Positions 55,659 to 64,000 of a stretch of DNA of 64,000 nt are shown here, one piece after another. A program made the position numbers and the translations under genes. The notes under the pieces were generated by a model. That model ran no database searches. It saw nothing but the letters and a program-made list of their open reading frames with translations, and had not been told where the DNA came from. Each line of letters begins with the position of its first letter. Positions within the stretch are counted from its first letter, which is position 1. Source of the stretch: Eledone cirrhosa (lineage: Eukaryota); assembly GCA_964016885.1 (NCBI GenBank), contig OZ024743.1, positions 83,824,001 through 83,888,000 on the forward strand, written 5' to 3'.

Positions 55659-56250
55659 GAGGTGTGTCTGAAAATTAACAGGACTTAGTGTGCTGTGTGA
55701 GCTGAGTGGGATAGGGAATGTCCAGGTAGTATATAACAACCATTGTATGTTTTTTTTTCAGTTATTTTTTGCGTGCTTTTGTTAACAGCTACTCAATTTT
55801 AGGCCGTCGAACGATGAGCACAGAGCAAGGAACCAGACTGAAGTTTCTGATCCGGCTGAGGAAAACTCCGTCAGAAGGACTCGGAATACTGCAGCAAATG
55901 TACGGAGATGAGAAGATGCCGCGTTCTCGGGTTTTCGTGTGGCACAAAAAGTTTAAAGGGACGCGAGGACGTGGAATACGACCCTAGGAGACTTCAGCGA
56001 GCGGGACTGAGACGAACGCTGAGCGCGTGAGGCAAGTGGTGCGTAGCTATCGTTGGCTGACTATTTGACAGGTCGCAAGTGAGCTGAGCATGAACCGCAA
56101 CAGCGTTTGAAAGATTATCACCAAAGATTTGGGCATGTGAAAGATCACAACACCCTGAACATCCAACACTTCCTGGCCGAGAAGAACATCGACGTATTGG
56201 AACAACATCCTTATTCACCTTATCTTGCTCCGTGTTACTTTTTTCTTTTC
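55657..56250 (+). mobile_element. Mariner transposon remnant
   Basis: TA|cgaggtgtgtctgaaaa TIR-like start; EQ..LKFL..KTPSE..YGD..RSRVFVWHKKFK helix-turn-helix; PYSPYLAPCYFFLF (YSPDLAP). Confidence 0.85.
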
Positions 56251-57340
56251 TTTGGGAGTAGTGAGGTATAGTGCTGGAGCAGTTGATTGGGAGAAAGAAG
56301 ACCTTGAAAGAATTGATAGAAACACGAGGAAGATCTTAACGTACATTGGGTGCTTACACCCAAGGGCAAATATAGCAAGGCTGTTCCTTAAGAGAAAGGA
56401 AGGTGGGAGAGGTTTAATTTCGGTTGAGCAATGTGTACGTAGTGAGTGTACCAGCTTGTGGGACTATCAAATATTAACTGAAGAACCACAACTCAGAGAA
56501 GTTCTGAATGAAAACTTTATAACAGAAAGTCACGTTAAGAAAGCATTCAACAAAGCCTTAAAGAGAAACAAAAACAGGCATGGAAAGAAAAGTTTCTTCA
56601 TGACAAATCTCCAGGTGCCATTAAATACATTGCTAATCCTAGGTCTTGGCTGTGGCTTAAGTCAGGTTGGTTAAAAAGACAGAACCAAACAGAACCAATC
56701 AGGAGAAAGCTAATATCGATAGACAAAATTGTGCCCTATTTTGCAGAGTATGCCATAAAAGACGATATAAAATCCGGCATGATCTTATTAAAAAAGGAAT
56801 CCATTGTGAGTTGTGCAAAACATATAACATCGAAACACAATGTCAGTGGTACGAACGTACTCCTCTTAAATCCTGTCTGAGGAATTAGAGTGATGGAGTA
56901 GAGTTATTTTGGGACCAGATCAAGATCACAAAGTTAAATACAACCACCCTGATATTGTTGTAAGAACAAATAACCCACCAAATTGGACTCTAATTGAAAT
57001 TGCGGTCTGTCAAGACCACAATGTGGCTGAAAAAGAGATGGAAAATATCAATAAGTAGGTAGACATTGCAGGCGCTATTAGAACTGATCACCATGTAGAG
57101 ACAGAAGTTGTGTCAATCGCCAGTAGGTCGCTAGGCACGGTCCCTAAATGCCTTGTGTCTTTTATCAAAATCCTTGGGATCCCCGACTTCATAAGCAGTA
57201 CCCAAATTTCTACCATCACTAACACTGTCAGAACCTTGCGCGATATATTGAGCCTCTGAGATCAGGCACAGATTGGAGCCAAATAACAGCCTTCACCTAG
57301 CAACCGGTTGCTAGAGAAACTTCCCCGTCCCCACCAAAAA
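56251..57340 (+). mobile_element. R4/Dong-like non-LTR element, 3' fragment
   Basis: RYSAG..W..DL..IDRNTRK..LHP..RLFL.RKEGGRGL, CRVC, RHD and PDIVV endonuclease motifs; disrupted. Confidence 0.8.
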
Positions 57341-57357
57341 ATATTATTCATTTATGA

Positions 57358-60300
57358 GTAATATCATATACACCATACCACCATAATACCATATACACCA
57401 TGGCACCTTAATACCATATACACCATGGCACCGTAATATCATATACACCATGACACCGTAATATCATATACACCATGGCACCATAATACCATATACACCA
57501 TGGCACCGTAATATCATATACACCATGGCACCGTAATATTATATACACCATGGCATCGTAATACCATATACACCATGGCACTGTAATACCATATACACCA
57601 TGGCACCATAATACCATATACAACATGGCACCATAATATCATATACACCATGGCACCGTAATACCATATACAACATGGCACCGTAATATCATATACAACA
57701 TGGCAACGTAATACCATATACACGTTAGCACCGTAATACCATATACACCATGGCACCGTAATACCATATAAACCATGGTACCGTAATACCATATAAACCC
57801 TGGCACCGTAATATCATATACACCATGGCACCGTAATACCATATACAGCATGGCACCATAATACCATATACACGTTAGCACCGTAATACCATATACACCA
57901 TGGCACCGTAATACCATATAAACCATGGTACCGTAATACCATATAAACCCTGGCACCGTAATATCATATACACCATGGCACCGTAATACCATATACACCA
58001 TGGCACCATAATACCATATACACTATGACACCGTAATACCATATACACCATGGTACCGTAATACCATATACACCATGGCACCGTAATACCATATACACCA
58101 TGGCACGGTAATACCATATACACCTTGACACCGTAATACCATATACACCATGGCAGCGTAATGCCATATACACCATGGCACCGTAATACCATATAAACCA
58201 TGGCACCATAATATCATATACACCATGGCACCGTAATACTATATACACCATGCCACCATAATACCATATACACCATGGTACCGTAATACCATATACACCA
58301 TGGCACCGTAATAGCATATACACCTTGGCACCGTAATACCATATACACCATGGCACCGTAATACCATATACACCATGGCAGCTTAATGCCATATACACCA
58401 TAGCACCATAATATCATATACACCAGGGGCACCATAATATCATATACACCATGGCACCGTAATATAATATAAGCATGGCACCATAATATCATATACACCA
58501 TGGTACCGTAATACCATACTCACCATGGCACCGTAATACCATATACACCATGGCACCGTAATATCATATACACCATGGCACCGTAATATCATATACACGA
58601 TGGCACCGTAATACCATATACACCATGGAACCATAATACCATATACACCATGGCAGCGTAATATCATATACACCAAAGTACCGTAATACCATATACACCA
58701 TGGTACTGTAATACCATATACACCATGGTACCGTAATACCATATACACCATGGCACTGTAATACCATATACACTATGGCACCGTAATACCATATAAACCA
58801 TGGCACCGTAATACCATATACACCATGGCACCGTAATATCATATACACCATGGCACCGTAATATTATATATACCATGGCACCGTAATACCATATACACCA
58901 TGGCACCATAATACCATATACACTATGGCACCGTAATACTATATACACCATGGTACCGTAATACCATATACACCATGGCACCGTAATACCATATACACCA
59001 TGGCACCGTAATACCATATACACCTTGACACCGTAATACCATATACACCATGGCAGCGTAATGCCATATACACCATGGCACAGTAATACCATATAAACCA
59101 TGGCACCATAATATCATATACACCATGGCACCGTAATACTATATACACCATGCCACCATAATACCATATACACCATGGTACCGTAATACCATATACACCA
59201 TGGCACCGTAATAGCATATACACCTTGGCACCGTAATACCATATACACCATGGCACCGTAATACCATATACACCATGGCAGCGTAATGCCATATACACCA
59301 TAGCACCATAATATCATATACACCAGGGGCACCATAATATCATATACACCATGGCACCGTAATATAATATAAGCATGGCACCATAATATCATATACACCA
59401 TGGTACCGTAATACCATATGCACCATGGCACCGTAATATTATATACACTATGGCACCGTAATACCATATACACCATGACACCGTAATATCATATATATCA
59501 TGGCACGATAATACCATATACACAATGGCACCGTAATATCATATACACCATGGCACCGTAATACCATATACACCATGGCACCGCAATACAATATACACCA
59601 TGGCAGCGTAATATCATATACACCATGGCACCGTAATACCATATACAACATGGCACCGTAATATTATATCCACTATGGCACCGTAATACCATATACACCA
59701 TGGCACCATAATCCCATGTACAGCATGGCACCGTAATACCATATACACCATGGCACCATAATACCATATACACCATAGCACCGTAATATCATATACACAA
59801 TGGCACCATGATATCATATACACCATGGCACCATAATACAATATACACCATGGCACCGTTGTATCATATACACCATGGCACCGTAATAGCATATACACCA
59901 TGCCACCATAATACCATATACACCATGGTACCGTAATAGCATATACACCATGGTACCGTAATACCATATACACCATGGCACCGTAATATCATATACACCA
60001 TGGCACCGTAATACCATATACACCATGGCACCGTAATACCATATACACCATGGCACCGTAATACAATATACACCATGGCAGCGTAATATCATATATACCA
60101 TGGCACCGTAATACCATATACAACATGGCACCGTAATATTATATACACTATGGCACCGTAATACCATATACACCATGGCACCATAATCCCATATACACCA
60201 TGGCACCGTAATACCATATACACCATGGCACCGTAATACCATATACACCATGGCACCGTAATATCATATACACCATGGAAACGTAATACCATATACACCA

Positions 60301-61521
60301 TGGCACCGTAATATCATATACACCATGGCACCATAATACCAGATACACCATGGCACCGTAATACCATATACACCATGGCACCATAATACAATATACACCA
60401 TGGACCCGTTATATCATATACACCATGGCACCGTAATAGCATATACACGATACCACCATAATACTATATACACCATGGTACCGTAATAGCATATACACCA
60501 TGGCACCGTAATACCATATACACCATGGCACCGTAATATCATATACACCATGGCACCGTAACACCATATACACCGTGGCACCGTAATATCATATACACCA
60601 TGGCACCGTAATACCATATACACCATGGTGGCACCGTAATACCATATACACCATTGCACCGTAATACCATATACACCATGGCAGCGTAATACCATATACA
60701 CCATAGCACCGTAATATCATATACACCATGGCACCATAATATCATATACACGATGGCACCGTAATATCGTATACACCATGGCACCATAATATCATATACA
60801 CCATGGCACCGTAATATCATATACACCATGGCACCGTAATATCATATACACTATGGCACTGTAATATCATATACACCATGGCACCGTAATATCATATACA
60901 CACCATGCACCGTAATATCATATACACCATGGCACCGTAATATCATATACACTACGGCACCGTAATATCATATACACCATGGCACCGTAATATCATATAC
61001 ACTATGTCACCGTAATATCATATACACCATGGCACCGTAATATCATATACACCATGTCACCGTAATATCATATACACCATGGCACCGTAATATCATATAC
61101 ACTATGGCACTGTAATATCATATACACCATGGCACCGTAATATCATATACACCATGGCACCGTAATATCATATACACCATGGCACCGTAATATCATATAC
61201 ACTATGGCACCGTAATATCATATACACCATGGCACCGTAATATCATATACACTATGTCACCGTAATATCATATACACCATGGCACCGTAATATCATATAC
61301 ACCATGGCACCGTAATATCATATACACCATGGTACCGTAATATCATATACACCATGGCACCGTAATAGCATATACACTATGGCACCGTAATACTATTTAC
61401 ACCATGGCACCGTAATATCATATACACCATGGCACCGTAATATCATATACACTATGGCACCGTAATATCATATACACCATGGCACCGTAATATCATATAG
61501 ACCATGGCACCGTAATATCAT
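57358..61521 (+). repeat. 25-bp satellite, ~165 copies
   Basis: Unit atatacaccatggcaccgtaata(c/t)c. Confidence 0.97.
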
Positions 61522-61879
61522 CAAGGTGGGGCTGGGTAGGTAATATGTTAGACTGTATGTGTACCTCAGATAGTACCTATTAATTTATAGTTGAACTGAG
61601 TGGTCCAGTGTTAAGTGTTTTGAACTACATGACTTCAAAGGAGTGAAGTGGGGTACAAACGTTTTAAATTTTTGAAATTTAATCCCTTATTAGCATGGAT
61701 ATCAATTAACACAACCAGAGTTGATAGAAATAACAGCTTTAATTATAGTGAATATATCTTGAGTTTGTGTTTGTACATGTCTTGTAAGTAGTGCTGTTGT
61801 TGTTAATGGTGGTGGATTGGCGGAGTGGTGGTGGTGGTGGTGTTAGAGAAAGACAGAAAAGCAGACAGACATAGATATA

Positions 61880-62590
61880 TTTCTTTATTTGCCACAGGGC
61901 CGTACAAAAATGGCACAATACAAGACGTGACGGTGGGGTTTTACATATACATCTTTAACAATAATAATGGCTAACAATAAACTATATACAAAATAAAACA
62001 ATCGAAATCCCCAATAGGGGGGAATGTAACTTCGGGGTTGTTTTACACCCCGTAGATAGAACAACCCTCAACACCAGGAGCACGTTTTGTAGGTGTTCCT
62101 GTCTTCCCTCTGTCTATCTTCCTCAACCTACAGATTTATATACAGAGAAGGCCCATTCACTCGAGCCATTTTCGCCACATTCACCCACCTCTCAGTGAAT
62201 TTACTCTCTCCAATCTCACCTTCCTTCTGAAGTGGTACTTAAAGAAGGGGATGAGTTGTTGTCCTGAGAGAAAGGTACTTGCCCTCAGTCCTTTTAACCT
62301 CGTCCACCATATTACCTCTTTCGGCATAGCCACCAGACAGAGGAAAACCGCCTCTCCTTCATTCGTAAATGAAGGCGGCGGGGTGATCCTCACGATGGAC
62401 TCGGCTGACAACTGGATGCGTCCCACACGTGACAGTAGCTGTTCGACATAATTCCACAGGTCGGTCACCCCTGGGCACTGAACAATTGCGTGCAGAACGG
62501 TTTCGATGTCCTGCTCGCATTTTGGACAGGTCCTTTTGGCAGGATCTCTGCCAGGGCGTCCGTATGATAGACGGACAAAAAGGCTATACA
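61880..62590 (-). mobile_element. Tx1/L1-like LINE 3' end (zf-RVT)
   Basis: CPKCEQDIETVLHAIVQC..LW CCHC motif; AATAAA near 61885 on the minus strand. Confidence 0.75.
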
Positions 62591-63149
62591 TTTATTATAT
62601 CCATCCCCTTACTATCACCTCTTCCCTCACTCCACGAATAAAGCAATGTGAAGAGCCTATCACCTTCTCCCTTTCTCCCTCCCTTTCTCCCGTGGCTTCA
62701 TAGGCCTTGCTTTTTCTCTCCTTTTTCCTCTCATTTATGGCATTTTGAAGGCGCGTGGCTGAATGGTAAGAGAATTGGATTCGCAATTGTGAGGTTGTAA
62801 GTTCGATTCCTGGACAGGGCGATGCGTTATGTCCTTGAGCAAGACACTTTATTTCACGTTGCTCCTTCTGCTTGGAGTTGCGACCGATAGAGAGTATTAG
62901 CAATTGGAAAGACCAATGGAAACATTGTTTCCACGGTCCGATTTGACGAAAGTCGATCGAGTGTCTTATAGCATTTATAGCCCTTTCTCTTACTTCCCTA
63001 TACAACCAGATCTGCTCTTCTTTACCCCCCCCCCCCCCCTCCCCTGTTCGATACTTGGTTTTCTTTTTATCCCCTGTTTTATTTTTTATTTTTCTTTCAT
63101 ATCTCCATCAATATTTGTAATGTTATTTATACAAATATGTAGATTATTA

Positions 63150-63603
63150 TTGGCAAAATCGGTAGAGCGTCAGACAGGATGTTTTGAGGGATTTAGTTAC
63201 GACTTCCTACGTACTGTCCTTGTACAAATCCCGTCGAGGTCAACTTTGGGTTTCTTTTCGATCTTCCAGAGTCGATAAAATAAAGTACCAGTTAAGTACT
63301 GGGATCGATAAAATCGATTTATCCCTTCCCCCCAAATATCGTCATAATTATCATCACCATCACCATCATTGTCATCATTATTGTCATCATCGTTATCACT
63401 ACGGTGGATTGGTAGTATTGGTAGAGCGTCGGGCAACATGTTTTGCGGCATATAGTTACGCCCCTTTGCGTTCTGAGTTCAAATCCCGCCTTTCGTCATT
63501 ACGGGGTCAATAAAATAAAGTACCAGTCACGCATTGGGGTCAATTTAATCGACGTTCCCCGCCCCCAAAATTGCTGGCCTTATGCCAAAAGTAAAAACTA
63601 TTA
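63150..63603 (+). mobile_element. Two Meta-like SINE copies
   Basis: 63150-63335 and 63403-63603 share the head and gtcgataaaataaagtaccagt core. Confidence 0.7.
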
Positions 63604-64000
63604 TCATCATCATCACCATCATCGTCATCATCACCATCATCACCATCATCGCCGTTATCATCATCACCATCGCATCATCGTCATCATCATCGTCGTCGTC
63701 ATCGTATTCACCAGCATCATCACCATCATCATCACCATCATCACCATCACCGCCGTTATCATCGTCATCATAGCTGTTATCATCGCCATTATCACCATCA
63801 CTATCATCATCACCATCACCATCACCACCATCACCATCATCACCATCACCACCACCATCACCATCACCACCACCATCACCATCATCACCACCACCATCAC
63901 CATCATCACCACCACCATCACCATCACCACCATCACCATCATCACCATCACCACCATCACCACCATCACCATCACCACCATCACCATCACCACCACCACC
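63604..64000 (+). repeat. (CAT/CAC)n microsatellite
   Basis: Direct inspection. Confidence 0.95.

Noticed and set aside
57358-61521. CRISPR-like array or repetitive protein (MVYMVLRCHG ORFs)
   Set aside because: Head-to-tail 25-mers with no unique spacers and no cas genes; the ORFs are artefacts of the period.

Overview
Eukaryotic, AT-rich and almost entirely repetitive DNA. The SINE and LINE content suggests a cephalopod such as Octopus (inference). I find no convincing host gene: most ORF-track entries are microsatellite translations. Recognisable elements include three RTE LINEs (one nearly complete), fragments of R4/Dong-, CRE-, Tx1- and CR1-like LINEs, a Penelope-like element (PLE) with a GIY-YIG ORF, and many tRNA-derived SINEs. 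DNA transposons include a Buster-type hAT with TIRs and an 8-bp TSD, mariner, Tigger and Sola-like remnants, and a non-autonomous Helitron. There is also a 4-kb satellite of 25-bp units. The notable signal is non-coding: about 15 type I hammerhead ribozyme (HHR) motifs from several unrelated families, many with palindromic stem III. They sit in short direct- or inverted-repeat cassettes that usually abut (TA)n. The best case is a retrozyme-like cassette (19114-19927, 595-nt unit) whose two HHRs both carry a compensatory U3-A8 core. A twister-like fold with covariation heads RTE-derived non-autonomous elements. All folds were made by eye and are untested.
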